From a virus (lineage: Duplodnaviria; Heunggongvirae; Uroviricota; Caudoviricetes): DNA of 64,000 nt. The DNA is taken from IMG/VR virus record IMGVR_UViG_3300025072_002801; one strand, written 5' to 3'. Position 1 is the first letter of the stretch, and every line of letters begins with the position of its first letter. A model generated the notes under the pieces. It was not told the origin of the DNA and did not search any database. It saw only the letters and a list, made by a program, of their open reading frames with translations. Shown here in pieces: positions 54,271-62,542 of this stretch. A program made the translations under genes and the position numbers.

Positions 54271-54333
54271 GTGACATGATAATGAAAGGCATCCCAACAA
54301 TCTAACAAAAGAAATTATGGACGATTGGGAAAA

Positions 54334-54671
54334 TTATATAGATGGTTAATTCAACTCGTAGAAGAAGAAAGAAGCGGGAGGCTCGTCGTGTAGAGCAATT
54401 GCATAATGAACATAAAAAAACGAATCGCGAAACTAAAGAGCATGCAGCTTTGATGATTTTTGAATGCGATGACTATGGTTATCGTTATAGCAGTCTTCTT
54501 TCTCAATCCAGACGCAGTATACTTTGTCAAATTAACGGATGGGAAAGATATTCCATTAATGAAAGACCGAATCCGTTATGGCGACCGCATTTTTCAATGA
54601 AAGAGCTTCTGAGAGATTGGGGAACTTATATAGATGGTTAATTCAACTCGTAGAAGAAGAAAGAAGCGGGA
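54334..54671 (+). repeat. 46-nt exact direct repeat spanning gene junctions (54334-54379 and 54626-54671)
   Basis: TTATATAGATGGTTAATTCAACTCGTAGAAGAAGAAAGAAGCGGGA. Confidence 0.9.
54342..54641 (+). CDS. WxxY-array member
   Basis: MVNSTRRRRKKREAR...NGWERYSINE...RDWGTYIDG. Confidence 0.7.
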   Translation: MVNSTRRRRKKREARRVEQLHNEHKKTNRETKEHAALMIFECDDYGYRYSSLLSQSRRSILCQINGWERYSINERPNPLWRPHFSMKELLRDWGTYIDG

Positions 54672-54870
54672 AGCGAGAGCGGCGAGAGATGTGGCGAGAT
54701 ATTGGTGGGGAGTTCCACGTAGCCGGTTGCCACTCGCCTCTATAAATGAATCTGTTCATGCATGGGGAACACTTATTTGTGATCCCATTTTTTGCACCTA
54801 TACGTTGCCAAAGAATGTTTTTATTATAGACAATTGGGAAAGTTATATGGAGGGAAAATTAAATGATTAA
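54634..54870 (+). CDS. WxxY-array member
   Basis: Same N-terminus as 54342; 'DNWESYMEG'. Confidence 0.7.
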   Translation: MVNSTRRRRKKREARAARDVARYWWGVPRSRLPLASINESVHAWGTLICDPIFCTYTLPKNVFIIDNWESYMEGKLND

Positions 54871-55093
54871 TCCCTGCTATGAAATATTTCTTGGAGAGTG
54901 GAGCACATGTGTGTTGGAGTTTAAGTCCTCCTCCATAACGAGTGCGATGTATGCTTGGAGTAGATTTGAGGAATGCGACAAAGCACAAAAAACTGCGAGC
55001 CATACCAGTTCATCATGGTCGATTAGAGGTTCTTGGTGCGATTTTATAGATCAAGATTATTATGAAATCATAGAATTGTTATACCCAGAATGA
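54863..55093 (+). CDS. WxxY-array member
   Basis: 'YAWSRFEE', 'GSWCDFIDQD'. Confidence 0.68.
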   Translation: MINPCYEIFLGEWSTCVLEFKSSSITSAMYAWSRFEECDKAQKTASHTSSSWSIRGSWCDFIDQDYYEIIELLYPE

Positions 55094-55189
55094 GTTATGA
55101 ATTATGGAATATTTAGAATTATCATATTTGGTGCATTGGCATTACATTGCCTTTAATGCGTAGAGTTTATCCACAACTGATACTCAATC

Positions 55190-55495
55190 ATGAGTGAAAT
55201 AAATAAATACAACAGTCCAATCGTAATAAATGTAATTTCTGATTGGTCTAATTTTGAAAAAGAAGAAAAGTCACTCCCGCCCTTTGGCAGCAAAAGGAGT
55301 TTGATCAAAGACTCTTGGTGTAATTATATAAATGAGGATAGTTTAGAAGAAGAATACGGAATTGGATGTTTTGATAGAATTTCCATTCCTGTTCGCAGAG
55401 CCTATCCGCAACTTATTGCGAACAAGATTGTTGATGTTCAGCCGTTAAAAAATGCTGCATCTATTTTTTATTTAAAATACAGGTATGTTCAATAA
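55190..55495 (+). CDS. WxxY-array member fused to a gp23 major-capsid (Gol-region) fragment
   Basis: 'DSWCNYINED'; C-terminal 'PVRRAYPQLIANKIVDVQPL...IFYLKYRY'. Confidence 0.75.
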   Translation: MSEINKYNSPIVINVISDWSNFEKEEKSLPPFGSKRSLIKDSWCNYINEDSLEEEYGIGCFDRISIPVRRAYPQLIANKIVDVQPLKNAASIFYLKYRYVQ

Positions 55496-55779
55496 TGTTC
55501 ATAGTAGATTCAATTTCAGATGTTGACGTGTTTCCATATCCATATCCATATCCGCTTGAAGAAATTGGAAAGTTGACAATTGCTTGGAAGAGGTATGAAG
55601 ATGGCGAAGTTGCTTCTCATCCTTTTGGTATAATCAGCAGAGCAGATGCTTCAGTCAGGACATGCAAGCAATCTTGGTGCAATTACATAGACGAATCATA
55701 TGAAAACATATTTGATCCACAATATCTTTCTTGGAAGGATTATGTGGAGAATATGATTCGTATAATGAAAGGGATATAA
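55495..55779 (+). CDS. WxxY-array member
   Basis: 'IAWKRYEDG', 'QSWCNYIDES', 'SWKDYVEN'. Confidence 0.7.
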   Translation: MFIVDSISDVDVFPYPYPYPLEEIGKLTIAWKRYEDGEVASHPFGIISRADASVRTCKQSWCNYIDESYENIFDPQYLSWKDYVENMIRIMKGI

Positions 55780-55791
55780 AGGTGGAATATT

Positions 55792-56151
55792 ATGATTACA
55801 AATGAAGAAATCTTAAATGCTTTGGATGGTCTTGAGAAACCAGTTTATGATGTTCATGAACTTGCAGATGCATGGTACTCTTCAGGAGCAATGCTAAGAG
55901 CTTTAGGCAAAGACACTGGCGAATACACAAAGGTTATTAGAGTTCGCGTGAAAGGCGATGAGAACTCGCCACGACCTTATAGCCGTGGAATTATTGAATT
56001 ACATCCAACGGAAGACGACAAGGTTCGAATTAGTTGTTATTGTTGTTTTGTGAAAGATGAAGATGTAGAAAAGGGTGAATTCGCCTTAGAAGATCTAAAA
56101 GAAGCTGTCATGTCATTAAAAGATCACAATTGTCCTCCATGGCCAGGGTAA
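55792..56151 (+). CDS. Hypothetical protein embedded in the array
   Basis: GGTGG RBS; only a weak motif ('DAWYSS'). Confidence 0.65.
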   Translation: MITNEEILNALDGLEKPVYDVHELADAWYSSGAMLRALGKDTGEYTKVIRVRVKGDENSPRPYSRGIIELHPTEDDKVRISCYCCFVKDEDVEKGEFALEDLKEAVMSLKDHNCPPWPG

Positions 56152-56154
56152 AAC

Positions 56155-56391
56155 ATGTTAGTTAGATTAGACAATGTTGCAGTAGAAACAGGCAACATAA
56201 CATATGTGATAGATCGCTGGGATGATCCTGGCGTAGACTATAATGGAGAAGCCGTTAGGCCACATACAAGGGTTCATTTCGGTATTAAAGATTACCTGCG
56301 TGTTTATACTCCATACTTGGACGTATTAGATCAATTAAAACGCCCTCACACTATGTTGGATGATTGGGAGAGTTATGCAAGAAATCAGTGA
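56155..56391 (+). CDS. Array member ending in 'DDWESYARNQ'
   Basis: Motif at the C-terminus; the 21-nt repeat TGGGAGAGTTATGCAAGAAAT (56365-56385) is also at 56555-56575. Confidence 0.62.
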   Translation: MLVRLDNVAVETGNITYVIDRWDDPGVDYNGEAVRPHTRVHFGIKDYLRVYTPYLDVLDQLKRPHTMLDDWESYARNQ

Positions 56392-56584
56392 AATATTGGC
56401 GGGACATTCTGGGGAGATGTCTAGGTTGGCAGATGCCTGGAGAAGATATATGGGAGAAGAATTTTCACCTTCTAGAACAATGTTTGGAGTTGTTTGGATG
56501 TTAGCTCCCGCACCAGATGAAGTGGTTAACGCAGTATGGTATTTGAAGGGATCATGGGAGAGTTATGCAAGAAATTCGAGGTGA
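56375..56584 (+). CDS. WxxY-array member
   Basis: MQEI start; 'DAWRRYMGEE', 'GSWESYARN'. Confidence 0.65.
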   Translation: MQEISEILAGHSGEMSRLADAWRRYMGEEFSPSRTMFGVVWMLAPAPDEVVNAVWYLKGSWESYARNSR

Positions 56585-56807
56585 TATTGAAAATTTGAAC
56601 AATGAATTGACTTTGGATTATCCTTATGGAGAGATGCCTGTCTTGCTAGAGTCTTGGAGAAGATATGTTGGAGAAGAGTCTGTTCTCCTTCGACACAGAA
56701 TTTCGAGAGAAGATTTGGCATGGAGAGCAGTATGGTCAGCCGAGGCGTCATGGTGCGATTATATAAATGAAGATCACTTAGAGATTATGAAGGCTTGTTG
56801 TTTATGA
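56565..56807 (+). CDS. WxxY-array member
   Basis: MQEI start; 'ESWRRYVGEE', 'ASWCDYINED'. Confidence 0.68.
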   Translation: MQEIRGDIENLNNELTLDYPYGEMPVLLESWRRYVGEESVLLRHRISREDLAWRAVWSAEASWCDYINEDHLEIMKACCL

Positions 56808-57094
56808 TTACCAACATTTTATATTCTTTCCAAACAGAGGTTCTCAATGTTGATAATTGGGCGGGCGTAGGATATGATTTTAATTACGGAGGAACAAGAG
56901 GAAATTTGATTGATGGCTGGTCGTCTTATGAAGGGTTGGATTTGCCAGAAGAACACTACTTTCCAGAGATACAACTCTTCATAGAGTCAGAAGAAATAGT
57001 CGCAACTACGAGAAAATTAAAAATGGAGTGGACTTATGAACTAGAAGAAGATTATAAGTCTGTGAAGTCTTTAGGGGATTTTGAAATTGATTAA
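56795..57094 (+). CDS. WxxY-array member fused to a short gp23 capsid fragment
   Basis: 'DGWSSYEG'; 'IESEEIVATTRKLKMEWTYELEEDYKSV'. Confidence 0.7.
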   Translation: MLFMITNILYSFQTEVLNVDNWAGVGYDFNYGGTRGNLIDGWSSYEGLDLPEEHYFPEIQLFIESEEIVATTRKLKMEWTYELEEDYKSVKSLGDFEID

Positions 57095-57563
57095 CAAAAT
57101 TTTACGTTCATTTGCAGAACACGTAGATTGTCCTATGTGTGACGTATATCATGGAACGGTGTTGGGCGTTTCTCGTTATTCGGAGATGCCAACATACCCA
57201 GAAAAAGAAGTTAAAATTCCTTTTGACAATCCTGCTTTTGAAGTGAGCAAAAATCTTCTTCAAGGATGGACAGGTTACTGCGAAGAAGGAGGATTAGCTT
57301 TTTCATCAAGCGTTTACGATTCTGAGGTTCGAGTACATAGTTTTTATCACAATCCATATCTAGACGTAGTTCCTGTAGCCCCACAAAGCCGAAAGCTAAA
57401 AGCTGTTTGGTCACGAGAAGCACAGGAAGATCTTAGAGCGGTTCATAATATTGATGCAGCAGCCAAATTATCTGAAGTCCTTGCTAGAGAGATAGTAGCG
57501 GAAATAGATGCAGAAGTAATTGAAGATATTTCAAACAATGTAGATCCATATTATATGGATTAA
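57081..57563 (+). CDS. Array member fused to a gp23 capsid backbone-helix fragment
   Basis: 'QGWTGYCEE'; 'SRKLKAVWSREAQEDLRAVHNIDAAAKLSEVLAREIVAEIDAEVI'. Confidence 0.8.
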   Translation: MKLINKILRSFAEHVDCPMCDVYHGTVLGVSRYSEMPTYPEKEVKIPFDNPAFEVSKNLLQGWTGYCEEGGLAFSSSVYDSEVRVHSFYHNPYLDVVPVAPQSRKLKAVWSREAQEDLRAVHNIDAAAKLSEVLAREIVAEIDAEVIEDISNNVDPYYMD

Positions 57564-57596
57564 CAAATCTTTACTATTATTTGCAGAAAGACAGTT

Positions 57597-57809
57597 ATGG
57601 GCAAAATAAGATGGGCATCTTTATGGGCGACATCATTCTATGAAGCACATACTGCTCCTGCAATCACCTCTTTGAAAAATGATTGGGCTCGATACATGGA
57701 AGACGAAAATCCAGGGGATTCTAGAGTTCCATGTAGAATAAAGCGGAGCATCATGACATCGTGGAGCAAGCATATTTCGTTGTCGAATGGATGGCTGGGC
57801 AATCTTTAA
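57597..57809 (+). CDS. WxxY-array member
   Basis: 'NDWARYMEDE', 'TSWSKHIS'. Confidence 0.62.
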   Translation: MGKIRWASLWATSFYEAHTAPAITSLKNDWARYMEDENPGDSRVPCRIKRSIMTSWSKHISLSNGWLGNL

Positions 57810-59791
57810 AAATAATCCGCCCATATCTGCATTGCTCGTCCTAACTTAGAGAAATATTCATCAGTGGATTCCTCTAATCCTTTCCCTATCTCTATGATAC
57901 ATTTCTTTGGTCCTGTCCGAAATCCTTCGCCAGTCAATTGAATGGAATCTATAAGTTCCCAGAAGTTTTCGTTCGCAGCAATCCCAGGAGCTTCTTTGAC
58001 CAAGTTCACAAGAGGGGTGCTGGCTCTTGTGTGATTTATAAATGGTCGTCCCACTGAGATTGAAAGATCAAGATGGTCGCATATTTTTTTAAATATTATG
58101 CCAAACCATATGTCATCAAATCGCCTGTAAGGGCTGTCCTGCCCCATTAGAGGAAAGAAGGATGTAACAGCCATAAATCCTCTGAAAGCCAAATTCATGC
58201 CACAATTTTTAACAACACAATTGTTTATGGTGTATGTGTGATTGTCTTTGACGTTTAAGTTGTAAACATATCCACTGTGATTGAAATTTGATGTTTTTTC
58301 TACTTTAAAATAAATGTAGGAATCATTTTTTCTCCACTTTGATGGAGTGCTTTCATTCTTTTTTTTCCATTTTCCTTTTACTTCCAATACATTGTTGATG
58401 AATTCGCTTGCTTGATCTCCGTATAAAGATATTTGATAAGCTCTTTTTTTGTTTTTTGATTTTGGCTGATATTCATTTAAAGAACAGTAAAATCCCAAAC
58501 TAGAAATTAAATATTTAATTTGATTTGCCAAGTCCCAACTTATTGTTTTTAAGTTGCAATATGGTCTATTTCTGTTTGTTCCAACATGCCCATCTCCAGC
58601 AAAATAGCCAGACATTAGTTTTTTAATGTTTTTACATCTTATCAAATCACAATTTATTTTTTTTGAATAAGAGTATTGCCCGCACCAATTGAAAAACCAA
58701 AAAGCTATATGCTTTCCATAGCATTCAATTCGAAGTTTGTTGTTTGAAATGTTAATTTTAGATTCTTTGTTGAATCTTGTTTTTAAGAAATTTATAATAA
58801 ATTTGCCAAGTGTGTCAATTTCTTTTGCGTGAAGAGAAAATGCAACACCACTGAAATTGTGAATGTTTTTCATTTTTTTTGATTTTGTGAAATTGCCTTC
58901 CGCCAAAAATAGTCCGATTGCATACATTTCATCGTCAGATAGTATGTTTTTTTTGAAATTTTTTAAAATGGGAGAAGCTAAGAAGTCTCCCTTTTTTATG
59001 TTTTTGGCCTTTTTGTATCCATTTAATGTCAATATCTCATGATCATCGGTGGTTTTTATGGACTGTCTCCTGCCAGCTATTTTTATTTCTTGACATTTTT
59101 TATTATTTACATGACTTCTTATAACTGCATTAATTGGATGTATTTCGTTTGAGTTTGTTATAATTTCATTGTCTGGAATTAGTTTTTCAATACGAATTAC
59201 AGTTCCATCACTTTTGGTAACTAATTGTTTTTCTAAAAAACACAGAGGGAAATACTGCCCTTTAGGGATGATGTAGTTATCTTTGGGCAGATGTATATCT
59301 GGAATACTGCCTGAAATCTGTTGTATCGAGTCCCAATCTGGTATTCCTTCCCATAATCCCATATTTGCGACCACATTATCTAAAGTTCCAAGATTGTAAT
59401 ATGGCAATCCCCTTGTTCTTGTGCCTGGAATAGAAGGTCGCCATTTTGGAGCTTTTGTGATTGAATCAATGTGTTCTTCGCAAAAAAGCTCAGATGTCCC
59501 TGGCAAACAGTCATCATCTAGGGTAAAAATAAATTGCGCCCCCATTTGGTGTGCTTTAAGGAATCCGTAACTTCTTATTGCACTGTCCCTTTTGGAGATT
59601 ATCCAGGCATTATCTTGTAAATCTTCATGAATTTCATTCCAAGAGTAATGATATTTGCAGTTGATGTCGAATGTTTTAGTAGGGTTGTCTTCTACTATTA
59701 TGATTTCATCCCAGTCTTTCCTTGATTCCCAGGAGTTGAGGAATTCTAAAATGCAATTTTCACGTATGGTTGGGACAACTAGAACTTTCAT
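57806..59791 (-). CDS. Reversibly-glycosylated-polypeptide / UDP-sugar mutase-like (GT75) protein, intein-containing
   Basis: 'VVPTIR', 'DSAIRSYG', 'TLDDDC', 'RGLPY', 'GLWEGIPDWD'; 'FPL|CGMNLAF' restored after splicing; 'RFDDIW', 'G.P.I.H.RAS'. Confidence 0.8.
   Translation of the reverse strand: MKVLVVPTIRENCILEFLNSWESRKDWDEIIIVEDNPTKTFDINCKYHYSWNEIHEDLQDNAWIISKRDSAIRSYGFLKAHQMGAQFIFTLDDDCLPGTSELFCEEHIDSITKAPKWRPSIPGTRTRGLPYYNLGTLDNVVANMGLWEGIPDWDSIQQISGSIPDIHLPKDNYIIPKGQYFPLCFLEKQLVTKSDGTVIRIEKLIPDNEIITNSNEIHPINAVIRSHVNNKKCQEIKIAGRRQSIKTTDDHEILTLNGYKKAKNIKKGDFLASPILKNFKKNILSDDEMYAIGLFLAEGNFTKSKKMKNIHNFSGVAFSLHAKEIDTLGKFIINFLKTRFNKESKINISNNKLRIECYGKHIAFWFFNWCGQYSYSKKINCDLIRCKNIKKLMSGYFAGDGHVGTNRNRPYCNLKTISWDLANQIKYLISSLGFYCSLNEYQPKSKNKKRAYQISLYGDQASEFINNVLEVKGKWKKKNESTPSKWRKNDSYIYFKVEKTSNFNHSGYVYNLNVKDNHTYTINNCVVKNCGMNLAFRGFMAVTSFFPLMGQDSPYRRFDDIWFGIIFKKICDHLDLSISVGRPFINHTRASTPLVNLVKEAPGIAANENFWELIDSIQLTGEGFRTGPKKCIIEIGKGLEESTDEYFSKLGRAMQIWADYF
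58205..59242 (-). mobile_element. Intein (346 aa) with a LAGLIDADG homing endonuclease
   Basis: CFLEKQLV...VYNLNV...HTY...VVKN followed by Cys+1; 'IGLFLAEGN' and 'SGYFAGDGH'. Confidence 0.88.
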
Positions 59792-59856
59792 TGAGCCTCT
59801 GTATGTGGTATGGTTTATATTAAAAGAGCTATAGGTGAAGAAAAAGGAGAAGAAGA

Positions 59857-62421
59857 TTGAGTAAGCAACGTTTTTTAGATATATGCAAAGAAAAGATGCG
59901 TGCTAAAGATATGCTGGATGATAAGCACAAGAAGCGAATGAAGGAGGAATTGTGGGAAGTCGAAGCCAAGGGCGAATATGACTACTTTCTTGATCTCTAC
60001 GACAAAGGCGCAAAGTATCCAGCCAACGAAAACAATCTTATGATCGTTGAATTGCTCGATCTTGATGAAAGTCATTCTTTCAATGTAGATGAAGAACCTG
60101 AAACAGAAATGGGAGACTTCCCAGACATTGACATTGATTACCTAAGACCAGTTAGGGATTATCTTAAAAACGATTGGGCACCAAAACACTTCGGAAAAGA
60201 AAACGTTTGTAATATTGCAAGTTATAATACGTTTGGAATCAAAAGTTCATTGATTGACATGGCTAAGGTTCATGGCTTAGATCGAAATGAAGTTTTGAAT
60301 ATCACCAAAAGCATTAAGCTAAAAGACGATGAAGGCGACCTAATGACATGGGAAACTGCACTTCAAGTCTATAAACCTCTAAAACAGTATTGTGAAGACC
60401 ATCCAGATGTGGCAGAGGCAGCACGTAGGCTTATCGACAGAAACAGAAGTAGAGGAAAGCATGCTGGTGGTTTAATTATTGCTAATCAGAGATTAGATGA
60501 ATTGATCCCATTAGTAATCGACAGTGGAGGAAATGTCACATCTTCTTGGGTAGAAGGATTGCATGCTCAAGATTTAGGACCAATGGGACTAATTAAGTTT
60601 GACTTGTTGGTTATTTCGAATATCGACAAAGTTGCAAAAATAACGGAAAGTATCAAAGAGCGTTATGGAATGGAATCTTTTTGTGCCTTGCCAGGACAAG
60701 AAGACTGGACGGATAAGAAATATTTAAACGACCCTAAAGCAATGGCTTTGGGAAGTGCTGGAAGAATGAAAGGAATATTTCAATTTGACTCAGACGGGAT
60801 TCGTTCACTGGCTTCTTTTGGGGGCGTTAAAAGTTTTGATGACATAGTTGCTTACACGGCATTATACCGGCCAGGACCATTAGAGAATTTAATGCATACA
60901 AAATATTGCAACAGAGCTAGTGGTCGTGAAAAGTATGAAATTCACCCTGTCCTAGAAAAAATTCTTGGATCAACATATGGAACGCTTGTATATCAAGAGC
61001 AGTGTATGCAAATTGCAAATGCAGTTGGTTTAATTCCTTTGCGAGATGGTTATGCATTAATTAAAGCAATTTCTAAAAAGAAAGTATCGGTTTTCAAAAA
61101 GTATCGTGATATGTTTATTGAAAACGGACAAAAAACTTTAGGATGGACAGAAGAAGCTGTAACAGAGTTGTGGGATCAAGTGGAATCCTTCGCCGGATAT
61201 GCCTTCAACAAATCCCACGCCGTTGCTTATTCTGACGTTACCGCCAGACTTCTTTATCTAAAGGCGAATTACCACCTAGAATTTTTCAATGGTATTTTGC
61301 AATGCGAAGCAAATGAAGATAAAATACAGAATTATAAAAATGATGCAATCTCATTCGGAATCAGTGTTGTGGGAGCAGACCTAAACAAATCAAGTGACGT
61401 GTCTGCAATAGTAAAGGACGAAGACAAGGATAGAATATACCAGGGAATATCAACAATAAAAGGAATTGGAGAAGTACCTGCATCTAAGATTGTAATGGAG
61501 AGAGATGTAAATGGACTTTACACTTCCTTGCAAGATTTTATGGATAGAGTTGGAACAGAATTGAATCTATTGAAGCCATTGATCTGTCTTAGAATGTTTG
61601 GAGACACTAACCCAATAACTCTTTACAAGTTTTATGAATATTATAAGACAGAACTAAAGAAAAGAGATGACAGAAGGAAGAGATTCGAAAAGACGCAGCA
61701 AAAGTGCAAATTAGATATTGCAGACTTTGAAAGGATTGGAGATGATCATGAAAAAGAAAAAGTAATAAAGAAGATGAATAAATCCAAAATGCAACTCGAA
61801 AACAAGATTGAAAAAGAAAGGCTTAATCCAATCAGAATCGAAGACTTCAATCCTGATGAACATGATATTTATATTGAAGATCAAATAATGGAATATTTGA
61901 CAAATATAGAAAAAGCGGAAAAGGCTTTTTATGGATTTCGTTGGATTCCTCTTGTTACATTAAGTCCTAATTACAAGCCAGGAAATACTTTCGAAAAATT
62001 AAATCATGAGGCAGAGATTCTTGGAAGACAGGCGGTAGGTCCAGTAGAGGCAGAAGTCATTAGCTTCCAAAGGGTTGATTTCAGAAGCGGAAAAGGGTTC
62101 CGTTGGGTGGCAGAAATGGAAGATGCAAATCAAGAAAAAGAAAAAGTCACAATATGGAATGATGATTATGAAAATTGGAAAGATGAATTTGTGACTGGAA
62201 AGTTGCTTAGAGTTAGGGTCACATCGCCTCAACAAGGATTTAAGGGATACACATTAGAGTCATACGGAAAGAATGCATACGGAAAAAGCAAGAAAGTGGA
62301 CAAAAGCGGTGATTTCAGGGTTGTGGTAATGCAGCCTGGAGTGCATAAACATGAAAAAATTGAACCGCCACCAACTGATGATGAATTTTTGACTATGATA
62401 GGAGAGGATCAGAAGGGATGA
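59857..62421 (+). CDS. dnaE: DNA polymerase III alpha, C-terminal half (catalytic palm, fingers, HhH, OB)
   Basis: 'FPDIDIDY', 'GKHAGG', 'LIKFDLL', 'GIFQF', 'ALYRPGP', 'VYQEQ', 'YAFNKSHAVAY'; TTG start after AAGGAG. Confidence 0.93.
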   Translation: MSKQRFLDICKEKMRAKDMLDDKHKKRMKEELWEVEAKGEYDYFLDLYDKGAKYPANENNLMIVELLDLDESHSFNVDEEPETEMGDFPDIDIDYLRPVRDYLKNDWAPKHFGKENVCNIASYNTFGIKSSLIDMAKVHGLDRNEVLNITKSIKLKDDEGDLMTWETALQVYKPLKQYCEDHPDVAEAARRLIDRNRSRGKHAGGLIIANQRLDELIPLVIDSGGNVTSSWVEGLHAQDLGPMGLIKFDLLVISNIDKVAKITESIKERYGMESFCALPGQEDWTDKKYLNDPKAMALGSAGRMKGIFQFDSDGIRSLASFGGVKSFDDIVAYTALYRPGPLENLMHTKYCNRASGREKYEIHPVLEKILGSTYGTLVYQEQCMQIANAVGLIPLRDGYALIKAISKKKVSVFKKYRDMFIENGQKTLGWTEEAVTELWDQVESFAGYAFNKSHAVAYSDVTARLLYLKANYHLEFFNGILQCEANEDKIQNYKNDAISFGISVVGADLNKSSDVSAIVKDEDKDRIYQGISTIKGIGEVPASKIVMERDVNGLYTSLQDFMDRVGTELNLLKPLICLRMFGDTNPITLYKFYEYYKTELKKRDDRRKRFEKTQQKCKLDIADFERIGDDHEKEKVIKKMNKSKMQLENKIEKERLNPIRIEDFNPDEHDIYIEDQIMEYLTNIEKAEKAFYGFRWIPLVTLSPNYKPGNTFEKLNHEAEILGRQAVGPVEAEVISFQRVDFRSGKGFRWVAEMEDANQEKEKVTIWNDDYENWKDEFVTGKLLRVRVTSPQQGFKGYTLESYGKNAYGKSKKVDKSGDFRVVVMQPGVHKHEKIEPPPTDDEFLTMIGEDQKG

Positions 62422-62462
62422 TATTTAAACGTAAATTTAAATAAAACGCCCCTTATTTATTG

Positions 62463-62495
62463 AAACCGTCAAAAATAATTCAAAACCGTCAAAAA
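62463..62495 (+). repeat. 13-bp direct repeat (20-bp period) upstream of an HTH gene
   Basis: AAACCGTCAAAAA twice, followed by TATAAT at 62499. Confidence 0.65.
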
Positions 62496-62542
62496 AAATA
62501 TAATGTGCAGCATAGATACTTGAAACCTAATTTGGAGGCACT

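Noticed and set aside
54106-57809. CRISPR array or diversity-generating retroelement as the explanation for the repeats
   Set aside because: The repeats are irregular and protein-coding. There is no reverse transcriptase in the window and no TR/VR pair with adenine-specific mismatches.
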